Below, piece by piece: positions 22,701-35,700 of a DNA stretch of 64,000 nucleotides. How positions within the stretch are numbered: position 1 is the stretch's first letter; every line of letters starts with the position of its first letter. The notes under the pieces were generated by a model that was not told the origin of the DNA, ran no database searches, and saw nothing but the letters and a program-made list of their open reading frames with translations. The stretch comes from Carcharhinus amblyrhynchos (lineage: Eukaryota): contig OZ336882.1 of assembly GCA_965287045.1 (NCBI GenBank), forward strand, positions 57,350,001 through 57,414,000. Direction: 5' to 3'. Both the position numbers and the translations under genes were made by a program.

Positions 22701-23820
22701 AAAAACATCGATGGGAATAGAAGGCAAGCAGGAGGGGAATAAGAGCAGTAGAGGAAAGGAGTAAGGGACTTCTGGCGGTGGCAGTCAGAATAAACGAATA
22801 AGACTGCGAGAGCATCCGAGGACTAACAGCAGCACATGTGGGGAGAGCAATCGCACCGGGGAATAGAAGCTGAGGAGGGATGTTTTGAGGGGCAACTAGT
22901 CTTGGAGTAAGGGAGCTGTGGTGAGGGTGGAGGCGGAGATATAAAGATGCAGAGGGAAAATATTTTGGGGAGGGAGGAGTAGGCCATTGAGCTGTCCGAG
23001 CATATGGATTGAGATCTTGTTTTGCCTCCATCCGTTTGTTTTGAGATACATTTACACTCTTGGCTAGCAACGAAAATCACATTTTGCATTAACTTGGCTT
23101 GAATCTGCTATTTCTGGGAGGGAACGCTATCTCCTTTTTGTAAGGAAACACTTCCAATTTATCTCATCTAAACAATATCCTGAATGGTTGGACGCAAATT
23201 TAATGCTTTGTCTTCTTGCCTTGGGTTCTCCTACTTTCAATTCGTTTCAAAAATTTTATAAACCCTAATCAAAACGTCTTTAATGATCTACATTCCAGAA
23301 AAGAGTGTATAATCGAATCCATGAAGCCATGATAACTTTCTGGTCAATCTATTCCTTCTAAGGTCACTTTCTTTTCTGATGGCCAGATTTATACATTACT
23401 CTAGGCTAGTTGCTTTCAGTTTTTTTCCTATGTGACATGAAGTTGATTAGGAGACTTCATGTCAACCCTCATTTTTGGATTTGGTGTGTGATTTGCAGCC
23501 AGATACCCTTCCTGTTGTTGACCCTCCCCTTTTACTATCTATTTGCTGGCATGTGCAAATGGATGGATTATTTCTTAGTTTATAGACTTTGACTTGAATC
23601 TGAGGTCTTTCAGTTCAGAGACAGTAGAATATGCACTGAGCCACTTCAGCTCCTGAAAACTATATGCTACTCCAGATGAGGTCTAATTAGGAATTTATAT
23701 AACTAACAAAATTTTCTCCCTTTTATATTCTATCTTTCTAGTTATCAATACTAGTTGTTGGCCTTTTTGATTTTGGTTTGTACTGGAGTCTGATGTTTTA
23801 GTGATATAAAGATGGACTTA

Positions 23821-24430
23821 CATAAGAACATAAGAAAGAGGAGCAGGAGTAGGCCATCTAGCCCTTCGAGCCTGCCCCGCCATTCAATAAGATCATGGCT
23901 GATCTGTTGTGGCTCAGTTCCACTTTCCCGCCCTCTCCCCATTACCCTTAATCCCCTCTCTTATCAAGAACCCATCAACCCGCTTCTTAAAAATATTTAG
24001 CGAGGCAGCCTCCACCACTTCAACGGGCAGAGAATTCCAGAGATTCACCACCCTTTGAGTGAAGAAGTTCCTCCTCAACTCCGTTCTAAACCGCCTCCCC
24101 TTTATCTTGAGGCTGTGCCCCCTAGTCCTACTGTCTTTTTTGAGCGGGAAGAGTCTCTCCACCTCTATCCTATCCATCCCATTCATCATCTTATACGTCT
24201 CAATGAGATCTCCCCTCATTCTTCTAAACTCTAACGAGTACAAGCCTAGTTTATTCAGCCTCTCCTCATAGCTCAATCCCCTCAACTCCAGTATCAGCCT
24301 AGTAAACCTCCTCTGCACTCCCTCCAGGGCCAAAATATCCTTGCGCAGGTGCGGCGCCCAAAACTGCACACAGTACTCCAGCTGCGGCCTCACCAATGCC
24401 CTATACAGCTGCAGCAAGACCTCCCTGGTT
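23821..24430 (-). mobile_element. Young CR1 3' fragment in MATR3 intron 1
   Basis: Intact 167-aa frame LYRALVRPQLEYCVQFWAP...TRGHSLK..FFTQRVVNLWNSLP; tail ttcttatgttcttatg. Confidence 0.93.
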
Positions 24431-24809
24431 TTTCACCACTTATAAGTCTAGTGAATAATTGAGACCGCCACACACAATCCTTGAAACACCAAGTCGCTTC
24501 CTTCCAGTTTGAATCCCTATGCATTATCCCAACTTATTGTTTCCTATGGCCTAACCAATCTTGGAACCACCTCACTAATATGTCTTTGCGAAGTGAGATA
24601 AAGGGTCCAGGAAGGCAGACGGGACATGGATGAGAAAGAAGATGGGAAGGGGTAGAAAAGAGGCAATGTAAGCAAAGACAATAAAAATGTTTTTTTTAAA
24701 TTCTGACAGTAAAAAAAAGACCCACCTTGAAATAAGTAAGAAAAACTAATGGGGAGAGAGAATAAATGGCAATACAAGTAGTCCTTTAAATTTCTTGAGC
24801 TTCTTTGGC

Positions 24810-26430
24810 TCACTGTTAAGATCATAGCTCATCTGTACCGAAGTACTGAAATATACCCCTTGTTATCTTGTCATTGACTGCCTTTTGCAGAAGGGAATTG
24901 CAAACAAGTACCAGCCTTTGCACATAAAAAAAAATTCATTAAAAATCTGTTGTTATTTCTGGGCTAATGTCCTTATCCCAAAATTCCTGTGGTAAATGAA
25001 GTAAAGGGAAAAGTGGGAAAATGAGAAAGAAGTAGCCAGACTGTAGGACAAAGTATAAATCAAAAAATGTTAGCTTGTAGGGAAGGTACAGCAATAATTG
25101 TGGGAGATCATAATTCTTGTATAGTTTGAACAAATCAAAATGGCAAAGATAGCCTGGAGGATGAGTTTATAAGAGTATTCTGGACAGTTTCTCAGAACAA
25201 GCTGTTCCTTGGTTGGTTCTGGAACCAACCAAGGAACAACTATTTTAGACCTGGTAATGAGACAAAAGTAATTAATAAATGATCCTCTAGGCATGATCAA
25301 ATTTTACATTCAGTTTGTGGTTGGGAAATTTGGGCCTGAAACTAGTGTCTTAAATAAAGCTGCTTACAAGGGTATAGAAACAGTTGGCTAAAGTAGAATA
25401 GAAAAATATCTTAAATGGTAAGGTAATGGAGAAATGGGCAGACATTTAAGGAAATATTTCATGAATGCCAACAGATATTTATTCCGTTGAAGGGAAAAAT
25501 TACTTTGAAAAGGAAATGGCTAATTTAAGGAAGTTAAGGATGGAATCAAACTAAAAGATAGATGTACAATGCTGCAACGATGAGTAGTTGTCCAGTAGGT
25601 TGGAAAAGAAATAGAAACCAGCAAAGGGTGACTTAAAAGGAAGAAATTAAGAGTATGAAAGAAAATTAGCGAGGAGTGTAAACAAAAAAATCAGGTTTGT
25701 GCAAATACATAAAAAGGAACAGTAGCTATAGTGAATACTGGTCCCTTCAAGAATGAGACTGGAAGATGACAGACTTTGAACAAACATTTTGTATTTGTCT
25801 TAAGAGTCAAGACACAAGCATCCCAAGAATAGTAGAACAAGCAGGAGGCAAAAATGAGTGAGAAATCACATAAGCACTAGAAACAAGTACCAGGAAAAGT
25901 AATGGGATTAAAGGGCGAAATGTACCTTAGGTTTGATGGTCAACATCCTAGTGGCTTAACTTAAGTGGCTGCAGAGATAGCAGGTTTAGATTTTGTTTAG
26001 ATTTCCAAAAAGGCACTCAATAAGGTGTCATATGAAGGTCACTGCACACGATAAGAACTCATGGAGCTAGAGGTAACATATCACAATGGGTAGAGAGTTG
26101 TTTCCTGTTGGCCAGCATCAGGCCAAATCGGTCATCTTCAGTTGACAAAGTAGCAGGGGTCAGTGCTGGAGCCTTAACTGTTATGTACTATGTTAATGAT
26201 GAGGGCTGTATTGTAAGTCAATTTTGCTGACCATGTAAACAAGTTGTTGAGTCTGAAAGCTGGTGTACATGGGTTTAATGAGTGGGCAGAAGGAATATAA
26301 TTTGGGAAAATGTGCAGCTATCCACTTTGGTTGAAGGAACAAAAAGTTAGAATATTATGTGAATGGAGAGAGACTAAAGAATGCTGCTGTACAGAGGGAT
26401 CCTGGTATATCTGTTCATGAATAACAAAGG
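24810..26430 (+). mobile_element. Highly decayed CR1 LINE
   Basis: Colinear nucleotide resemblance to the CR1 at 5780-8830 (ttttagacctggta, ttttacattcagttt, cagacatttaagg, ttgctgac, tccactttgg). Confidence 0.7.
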
Positions 26431-26752
26431 TGAAAGAGTTAATCAACTAGAAGATAAAAATTCAAAGAGTAAAATAATTGAGGATCTGTTTGCGAGATTG
26501 GCAGTTCTGATAAATTGGAGTCATGATTGAAACATGAGAATAATTCTAAATGATACTGTTGGAAAGGACCTCTCAAGGACGGGTTACAACACTTGGATAC
26601 CATAAAGAAAGTACAGAATGCAGGGTAGACAAAAATTGACCAAGATGATGAAAGATTAATGTATATGAGAAATTAAGATAGCGAGACATATGCTTGGCGA
26701 GGGGGAAAGAAATTTAAGTTTTGAAGTCGTCCATTTGAGGTTTCTTGCATAG

Positions 26753-26820
26753 TTTGCAAATTTGCGCAGTTCTACATATTCTGCCATTCTTGCTCATACT
26801 TAACTACCTATATTGTAATG
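26753..26820 (+). other. Candidate 5'-UTR cassette exon
   Basis: Acceptor tttcttgcatAG (26751-26752), donor ATG|GTGAGC (26821), alternative donor TTT|GTGAGT (26847). Non-repeat sequence between promoter and first coding exon. Confidence 0.35.
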
Positions 26821-27165
26821 GTGAGCATTGACTTGGCCACAGATTTGTGAGTCTGATTGTTTATTTTGCTGTTCTTTGAGTTTGAATATAGAATCTTGTA
26901 CAGCGAAGACTAGTGTCTCTGGGACTGGTAAAAGAAAGGATCCTGCAGTGAATTCCAATGACGAATAATGTAATCACAACCGATAAAATTGCACATGCTA
27001 GTATAGTTCAGCATTTCTTTTAAAATGGTGGCCAACCCAGCATTCATAAATTCACTTTAGTGATCAGTAAATTTGATAATCTGCACTTCTAATGTGCAGA
27101 ATTTACAATATTCTTGCCTTGTTGACAGCTAATTTCTGTAAAACCATTAGGTTTCTGCATTGAAT

Positions 27166-27505
27166 CATAGATCCCTACAGTGCAGAAAGAGGCCCTTCAG
27201 CCCATTGAGTCTCCACCGAACACAATCCCACCCAGGCCCTACCTCCATATCCCTACATATTTTACCCACTAATCCCTCTAACCTACGCACCTCAGGACAC
27301 GAAGGGGCAATTTTTTAGCATGGCCAATCAGCCTAACCCACACATCTTTGGGCTGTGGGAGGAAACTGGAGTACCTGGAGGAAACTCACGCAAACACAAG
27401 GAGGATGTGCAAACTCCACACAGACAGTGACCTGAGCCAGGAATTGAACCTAGGTCCCTGAAGTTGTGAAGCAGCAGTGCTGACCACTGTGCTATCATGC
27501 TGCCC
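27166..27505 (-). mobile_element. HE1-like V-SINE (CR1-type tail)
   Basis: Full head, V-domain and ..ctgtagggatctatg tail. Confidence 0.87.
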
Positions 27506-30500
27506 TTGGGTACTGTTCATGTATTATTGAGAATATTTCAAAGCAACGAAAGCAGTAGTGGTAAACTAAGTTAGCACCCAGATAGGTGAAAGATGCATGA
27601 AACCTCAAAGCAACAAATCCTCATTTCACAAAATCATACAGCATCAGATGAGGTTATTTGGCCCAGTGTGCTTTAGGTAGCACAAAATAAATTTGTCTCA
27701 CTTCCCTGGATTTTCTCCATAATTCTGCAATTATTTCCCCCTAATTACCCAACTCCATTTTAGAGGTTACTATGGAGTTTGTTTCTACTATCATTTCAGG
27801 TGGTGTATTTCATAACTTGCTATAGAAAAAAAAACTGGTCCTTTTGCCAATTGTCTAATTTACCAAATGCCTTTGGTGACTGATACTCTTGCAGTGAAAA
27901 AAGCTTCTCCCCGTCGATCTTGAATATCTTTCTCAAATCTCATCTCAGCCTTCTCTGCTGTGAGAAAGCAATCCATTTGTCTGGCTTCACTCGTCTCTAT
28001 ATAACCGAAATCTCTCATCCAGTCCATTAATTTAGTAAGTCTCCTCTGCTGCCTTCTAAGAATGGAAGGTCACTCAATCCCTTAAACTTGTGTCATTCTG
28101 TTAGACTACTGATTTTGCCATAATTCCATCTACCCACCTTGGTCTGTAATCCTTAATATGTTTGTCTAATAAAAAAAATTACATGTTTCTATGTTTTTAG
28201 TTGACCTAATCTCATCAATCTTTTGTGGGAAGAGTCCCAGCTTGTGTGAAGAAATGCATTTTTGTTGTCAGATGGCCTAGCTGTAATTTTAAGGTAATGC
28301 CTTATTGTTCTGGATTCTTCTACCAGTTAAAATAGTTGCTCATCATCCTTTGATCATCTTTAGTACCCCAGTTGCAGAATACCTTTTTACTGTTCAAAGT
28401 GATACAAACTGAGTTTATGCAATCTGTCCTTGCAATTTAATCCAGTATCATTCTGGTGAATTTGTGTTGCACCCATTCCAGGATCTTCCAAAATGTTGTG
28501 CTTGGAACAAAATTCTGGAATTTGAATGTTTAGTACTATTTAATTTTCTGTACTCAAGACATCGATTCCTTAGAATTTTTAGTAGCCATGTTAATTTGTT
28601 TCGTCACCGTCACATATTTGTGTGTTGAACCCCAGGACTTGTAACTCGAGTTAAAATTGTGCTATTTAGTTTCTATTATATTTCGTTCTTCCAGCACTAG
28701 TATGGCTACTTGGATCCATTTACCCATAGTTTCCTTGATGTTTCACACTGTATGTAACTGGGCGTAGGTTACAATGGCACAATATTCTAGGCTAAATTCA
28801 TAATTAAAGATACATTTTATGCTCCAACTTTTGATAAATTTAGTGTAGAATTTAATTTCAGACACTGGTTTTATAATTTAATCCTACAAATTTGTTTGCT
28901 CTTAGAATGCCAATTTTTGGATATTAACTTGTTCACTAAAAATAGGGAAGTATTGATATCAAAGTGTGCCAGCACAATTTTTAAAAAGATTGGTGAAAAA
29001 TGATCTGGGAGCTTGAGTTTCTGTGCAATTTTAGCCAGCAATTTTGAATTGTTTTATGGGCAAAGATGGTTTCCCATTGGGTAAAAAGAAAGTTGGATCC
29101 TTGTTTTCCTTTTTGTTTTGAAAAGAAGAGACACAAGATGGCTCCTGTCTAAATGTAACTTTTTGAGTTGTTTGAGCCTGTTATTAGTCTTGCCGAATTG
29201 ATTTTCCTTGGTATTGCTCATGAATGCTGCATATACTGTGGAAGACTGGTTAGTGAGAGACAGAGCCCTGGTGCGCTGAGGGTCAGGGTACAAATTATCC
29301 ATTGCTGTTCCAGAGTCAAGTTGAAATATTTCTTTGGTGTTGTCGATCCCAGGTTTATATCGATAGCGTATTGCAGGTGCACTAAGAGGAAGTATTCTGG
29401 CTGATTTTACGTTCTGATTGAATTAGGGCTCCTGTTTGGTCCAATGCAGATTTTAAAAAAATTTATCAGCTATATAACATACAAATCAAAGTGTATACGA
29501 ATCCAATGAATTCTGGTAAAATTGTCAAGTTAGAAAGATGCATCTGTTGGGGGGAAAATACCACAAGAACAAAACAAGATTCTAAATCAACCATCAACTA
29601 CTTCCAAGTAATTGGGGACGGACCTTTGTGTTAAACTGTCCATGCATTTTAACCTGTTAAACAATTTTATTAATTATAGGAACTTGCTGAAGATTCGACT
29701 TTTAATTTTTCTGGCAGCAAGCAGCTCTGCTTGCAAGGGCAATCAATATTTTGCTGTGGAAAATGGAATAGACATTCTACTTGGTATTGGATACCAGTAC
29801 TTACCCCTAGGTACCAATACCTGCTCCCTTAGTCAGACACACTTGACAGATTTGTACATAAATGTTTGTACCTGCTTGTTGATTTGAGATCTGAAATAAT
29901 GGGGCGACTGGTCTCAAAGGGCCTGAGTAATTGATAAATGTGGTCGCAATTCCCCAGGTGTAATTAACAAAATGATGACTCAAAAAGTGATACTAAAATA
30001 ATTTATTTTCCCTCCTAAAAATGTTCTTAAAACAAATGTGTCCACTGATTTGAGACATTCATGCTGACAACTGGAATGTTCCCTTTCATCGCATGCATTA
30101 AGTAACGAGGAGAGTACTTATCAGGCAAACAGTTATGGAATAAATGTACGAAATGCAGTTGAACTTTTAAGGAAATCTCTTTTTTGGAATGTATTTTGGT
30201 GCAACTATTCAAAAATTACAATTTATAGCTGAGGATTTCATCAAAATAGAAATAGTTTTCCTGAAAATTGTTTAATATTTTGTTTCTAACCCACTTGAAG
30301 CTAATGTTACATTGAAAAATGATATGTCGAAAAGGAACATTTCAGTCAAAATTTTGCAGTTTTGATTTTTTGAGGATCCAGCTGCATATACTTGCCTAAA
30401 CATGCTTGGCCAAGCTTTCACGTGCAAGTGAAAGCCATCCCACTAATTCTGCTGGTTTTGACGTCAAACAAAAATCTGATTCTGTACATGTAAGATGACT

Positions 30501-30530
30501 GCTGTATAAGTTTTCCAAAGTTGTTTTCAG

Positions 30531-30614
30531 TCGCACATGTATGCTTGGCAGGAAAAGTATCAAACCTCAGTTTTCATTATTGATAATTTAGTGGTACAAC
30601 TGGTCCTGTAGCAG
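30531..30614 (+). other. Candidate 5'-UTR exon containing a uORF
   Basis: Acceptor ttgttttcAG (30529-30530), consensus donor CAG|GTAAGT (30615). ATG 30537 to TAG 30611 gives a 24-codon uORF. Confidence 0.45.
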
Positions 30615-32086
30615 GTAAGTCTTGTTGCAATGATCAGAAAAACTTTGTACATTGCATATAGCAGGGATCCACTGTGATGAGACAAAGTGTTTGCAAGTCA
30701 GAATTGGAACTGATGCTCTTTAGTGTTCCAAATTGTAGGAAAAAAAACATCCAGCAAATTTGGAGTGTTGTGTTTGAGGGTACAGATAATTCATTTTGAT
30801 GACCTTCAGTACTCCATGACTTGAATTCCTGAGATGGTTTTTAAATAAAAGTTTTCACACCATAGTGTGTGCCACAACATCCAAAAGGGTAGACTTAACA
30901 TATTCCTCACATTGCATCAAGATGCCTTGCTCTGAAGAATAAACTCTGCTGTTACTTAGTTTTGATGGTGTCTGGATTCAGATCTTTTGATGTTTTGGCA
31001 ATGATGCAGAAAAGTATACATTGTTGGTTGTTTCTCATTGCCTTATCTACCATCTTTATAGTGCATATGCACTTTGTGCTTAAAAGCATAACTCAACAAG
31101 GTAGGATGTGTTGTTTAGTCTTGAAATTTTGGGTTGACTTTCAAACCCATATCAAAGTGAGGTGTTTATTTCAGACGACTTATGGGATGAGTAATGTTTA
31201 TAATTACATTTCCATATATAACTTTCAGCTGGTACAAAAAATTCATGGGAAAAACACTTGTAAGCAATTGGTCAAAAGACAAAATATGCTGACCCTCAGC
31301 AGTGTCTTAAATGTAATTATCCAACAAACAGTTCTGATTTGGGTTGGACGCACAGTAGTTACATTTCAACATTGCAGCTATTTATTCCTTGTGAGCCAGT
31401 TGCTGTTTTAATTCTCCATGTTGGCTTTATTCCCTTATTGTACAATTCTGTGCACACTTTTATTTGTTACCAGTTAATTTAGATTGCAGACTTCTTACTG
31501 AACAATATCTTCAAGAGTCATGTCCTTGTAGAAGGAGGCATTTATACACCCTTTAATAAAATATATTGACTTTATTGAACTCTGAAATGAGCATTATAAA
31601 TGCGCACACAGCCTCTTTCTTTTTCAGTGGCTTACAACACATCCAATCCATGTATTTCCCTTTTGGGGAATGATTGCAATACCTTAATTATTTACGAAAG
31701 TATTTTCTAAAATGTTACCATAAATTTATTTATTATCTTCAAAATGCCTTAGATATTCTATAAACTTGGGTTGGAAATACCTTGTTTACTTGAAAAGATT
31801 TGGTGGCCAATTACCATTTTTGATGTTGGCACTGGCCATGTTTTCCTACTGACATGCCTTTTGAGATTCTTATCGTTTCTCGCTAAGAGGTTGTAAAGAG
31901 TACAAAAAAATTATCCCGCTGCATTGGATTTTGCATGCAACTGTGAAATGTTGCATTCGATCTTGTTGTTTAAACTGTCTTTCTGCAGACCAGTTTTGGG
32001 CTTCTAACTTTCAAGATGGATCGAGATACATGGTCCTTTTGAGGCCTTGAGATCCCTGATCTAACATTTTTGTTTTAACTTTTCAG

Positions 32087-32259
32087 CCTGGCAAAGTTCT
32101 CTGAGGAATCTGTGCCATTACTCGCATCAGCCATCTGTTAGACGAAGTTAGATAGCGAAACAGCTTTCTACAGAGCCAGCAAAGGCTACCTACTAACCAC
32201 TGAAGAATTATTTTATCCTGCTCTTGCCAGTTTTGAACTAGACTCTCTCTTGTGCCAGA
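32087..32259 (+). other. MATR3: 5'-UTR part of the large first coding exon of MATR3
   Basis: Branch-point-like ctaac, then polypyrimidine tract and AG at 32085-32086. No ATG before 32260; in-frame TAG at 32239-32241. Confidence 0.8.
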
Positions 32260-33153
32260 ATGTCATTGGGTAGAGCCCAGCAGGATCACAGTCGTGGCAT
32301 GAAGAAAGACAGCCATAATATTGGATTCTTTCCTGCAGCACAGTCTGCAAATGTCGCTGCGAATCTTGGGAGGATGAACCAGGGTGCACGAATGGGTGGA
32401 TATATGAATTTTGGACGGGGTCAGGCAATGGGCCTACAAGGTGTGGGACAAGGACATCAAAATATGTCTTCAGGTGGTGGGCCCTCTCGATCCAGCAGTG
32501 GTTTGCCTTCCTTGTTTGATGTAGGCAGTCGTAATCAAAATTCACTTACCGTTCAGAAACGGATTGATGCAGACAGGGCCAGTAATATTTTAGCTACCTT
32601 TGGCCTTTCATCCAGGGACTTGGATGAACTGAGCCGCTATCCTGAAGACAAACTTACTCCTGAATCCTTGCCAGACATTCTTATGCAGCTTAAAAAGAAA
32701 AGAAATGATGAAGGAACATCTTTGAATTACGGCAGAGGTGACAGTTCTCCTCGGGATGATCGTTCCTTCAGAACCTCCCGTAATGAATGGGAGGAAGAAA
32801 GGCGCTTTCGAAGTAATTTTGAAGGTCGTGATCCTGATGCTGATCCAGTGGTCAATTATGACCATGGTTCTTCTCGAGAGTCAAGTTCTAGATATTATGA
32901 CAGGAAGGACTATGAGACTGAACGATTAAGAGGTGATGACTTTCGTAGAGATGATATGCGTATGTCTGAGCCAATGTATGATTCTGATTATGGAAAAATG
33001 GGGCCCTCTCCTTCCCGTGGGCAAGAAAGGTCTCTTTTTGAGAGAAAGCGAGGATCTCCTTCACTGAGCAACATAAACGATTACCATGGTTTCTTGCCAA
33101 CAATGTTCCCTCATTTGTGTTCGCTGTGTGATGTAACTGTTCATTCTGTGAAG
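32260..33153 (+). CDS. MATR3: Matrin-3 coding exon 1 (N-terminal region and first half of ZnF1)
   Basis: Translation contains LGRMNQG, ASNILATFGLSSRDLDELSRYPEDKLTPE, YDHGS, QERSLFE and PHLCSLCD, all matching vertebrate matrin-3. Donor AAG|GTGAGT; 894 nt, phase 0. Confidence 0.97.
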
Positions 33154-35224
33154 GTGAGTGACCTCTAATTTAAAAATTGCTTTATAAAGTATAATTCTGA
33201 CAAACAACAGCTCTTGTTGGACTTGTGGAACCTCAATTGATCTTAATTTGTTCCAGATACTCTTTGGAACGTCTTAGCAACATGAAGTACTCACGTGCTC
33301 TCTTCATTATTATCAGTTTAATGACAACTGCCAGCCATTTAAATGCAGTTGTCATTTATAGTATGCATCTCAAATTCATTCACAGATTGCTGATGGAAAC
33401 TTTAATATTTTGGACTTGGTGAAATCAAAGGGGTGTGCAGTACTTGTAACCCATTGACATTGCTTATCAGTTAAAAGAAGAGGGAAAGTGACTTTTCACC
33501 GTCAGAAATTATATGCCCACCTTGGCAGTTAGAGCATATGTTATGAATCTATCGGGCATTGGGCCTCAATTTTTTTTCTGTTAATGTTTTGACATATCAG
33601 TATATGTGCAACTTGGTACATGCAAAATGCCTTTCTCCAAACGACCATGTTCAAGAGAGGATGGTGTGTAATGCACATCTGAATACAAGACTGGTTTCCT
33701 TTCAACACTCAACACTTTGGCCTGTTTTCCAGTTTGCCTTGTGACAATGTCCTCTGTTTTCCCATATTAGCTAAAGATGGGGCTTTCTGAAATGTCACCA
33801 GTGAAGATATTTATATAAAAGAAAGCTTAAGTTGGTACTGATGTCTTCAGTCCAGCACCCAGTTGCTTAGCTACAGTAAGAGAAGATTATTTCCAACATC
33901 TGTTTGGGATTCTTACTTAACCAGGTGACTGTAGTCTGCTTTGGCTCTGTCATACTTTTAGGTGGTTTTAAAAAAAATCCATCATGAAGATTAATGTACA
34001 TGAAAACATTTATCGACGTGAGTGGTACAGTACTGTGCACACGTTTGATTTTGTATGTTGCAAAATGTGTTTTTTAGGTGGAAATTTTAATTATTTACAT
34101 TCCTTTTGAAGGGATTGGAATCTCAATGTGGACGTTTTATCATTTCTGTTATGGTTTATTGTGTTATCTAGTAGATAATACTTTTTATAGGAAAAAAATC
34201 CAGAATATCAAGGTTTTATTGAAAGGGTGCTGTATAAATATTTTTAAAAAACGTTTCTTCAAAATAACATGGGAAATAATCACTTGATCCTCATGCGATC
34301 ATATTGCAGCTGATCAAACAAAAAGATCTTTATAAATATTTGCCCAAATATGTCAGTTGCTCTAATAATTTTGATGTTCCCCTCTGACCATGAAAGCATC
34401 TCATTAAGTGACTTTCCCCCTCTGATGGTTGTGATACCCATGCAAATATTGCTTTTCAATTTGTTACGTCTTGTTGGCTAGTCTTCGGTGAAATTTATCA
34501 GCATTATGACAAAATATTTGGTTAAAAAATTCAGATATTTTTACATTTTTATAATCTCCCCCAATGCAAAATCAAACTTGTAGCAGCTCTTGAGTTCCAA
34601 ATCTCCATATGTTACAGGAAGATATTTCCTTTTGTTATTGATCTGAATTGGTACCTTCCCAAAATTCAAGGCACTTCACTTGGTATGTGAAGCTATCTTT
34701 TGGATTTTGACGTTTTGATATTTAATGATATACTGACATCTAGAAATGCCGAATTGTCATTTCATAGATTTTCTTTCTTTTGCTGTTCTCTCTGGAATGG
34801 ATAGCAAACTTTCAAAAAGCATAGGACTTATTCTGTGTATGCAAAGATTCATTGGAGAGGATCAACCATAGAGGTTGACCTTATTTTTTTAACTGAGCTC
34901 TACCCACCGACCAGATTGCCATATCAAGAAAGAGTTTAAAGTTGCCATAGGCATTATTATCTGGGACTGAGCTCTAGATAATATCAGTGCGGTTTTCAAA
35001 AAGCTTTGAAAAGAATCATTATCTTTGTAGAAAGCTGGCAAGTTTTGTGGTCTGAATTAAGTGAAAGATGAATTAAATAATCAGACAGTCGTTTTGAATA
35101 TAATTTTCCCCCTGAAAAACTCTTGAGGCCCCATAAATGATTTGATCAAGGCATATTCACCTGCTGTGATTGAGAAATTAATACAAATATATATCCATCT
35201 CTAGGTTTGCACCATTGCATACCA

Positions 35225-35700
35225 CATTGATGTTAGCTGAGGGTGCAAGGTTCTGACTCAAAACTACAGTATTGCATCTTTTTCTCTCGCTCATTCTTAC
35301 TTGGTCTGTCTCTCTCTAACACACCTTAACTTTGAAGACTAACAAATTCCATGAACTGACTAAGCATCCTGTAAAACTGTGTTTGGCTTTGAATCTTGTC
35401 TTCATTGGGACCACTCCTGCCTTCTAAGTCCTTGCTTCAATAACTGGGCTCTCGGCACTGCTATATTGACGAATGCTGCATTGTCATTGGGTAAAATGTT
35501 AAAACCAAAATCACAGCTCTGATGGATCTAAGACCTTTTCTATCGTGGCTGTTTCAGGAGTTCCAGTGGTCTGTCAGTCCTTTTCCTTCATCAGAGGTCA
35601 TTAAAGCATTTGTCATGCTTGTTTATAAGACCTTAGTTTGAAAATGGCTGCTGTATTTGTCTGTGTAACAGTGAAAGTAATTCATTGGTTGTGATGTAGA
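35225..35700 (+). mobile_element. Ancient Deu-domain SINE remnant (similar remnants ~12230-12540 -, ~23560-23645 -)
   Basis: Degenerate gtgctgcattgtc..atgttaaacc..gatggat.taa.ga..aaaatggctgc...aagtaattcattgg.tgtga motifs, recognised by eye. Confidence 0.45.

Noticed and set aside
21981-23089. Cluster of overlapping 64-158 aa ORFs
   Set aside because: By-product of the stop-poor GC-rich promoter; no domain-like sequence in any frame.
26783-26845. Hairpin (gcca/tggc, tgctca/tgagca) followed by ACA, resembling an H/ACA 3' hairpin
   Set aside because: No ANANNA H box or 5' hairpin, pocket-to-ACA spacing is short, and no recognisable target. Better explained as splice-site context.
30674-30713. 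GTGATGA...CTGA C/D-like pair (also 30797-30835)
   Set aside because: Too short, with no terminal stem or identifiable guide.
32213-33103. Antisense and alternate-frame ORFs over the first coding exon (likewise 56576-57166, 60372-60563)
   Set aside because: Shadows of the MATR3 coding frame.
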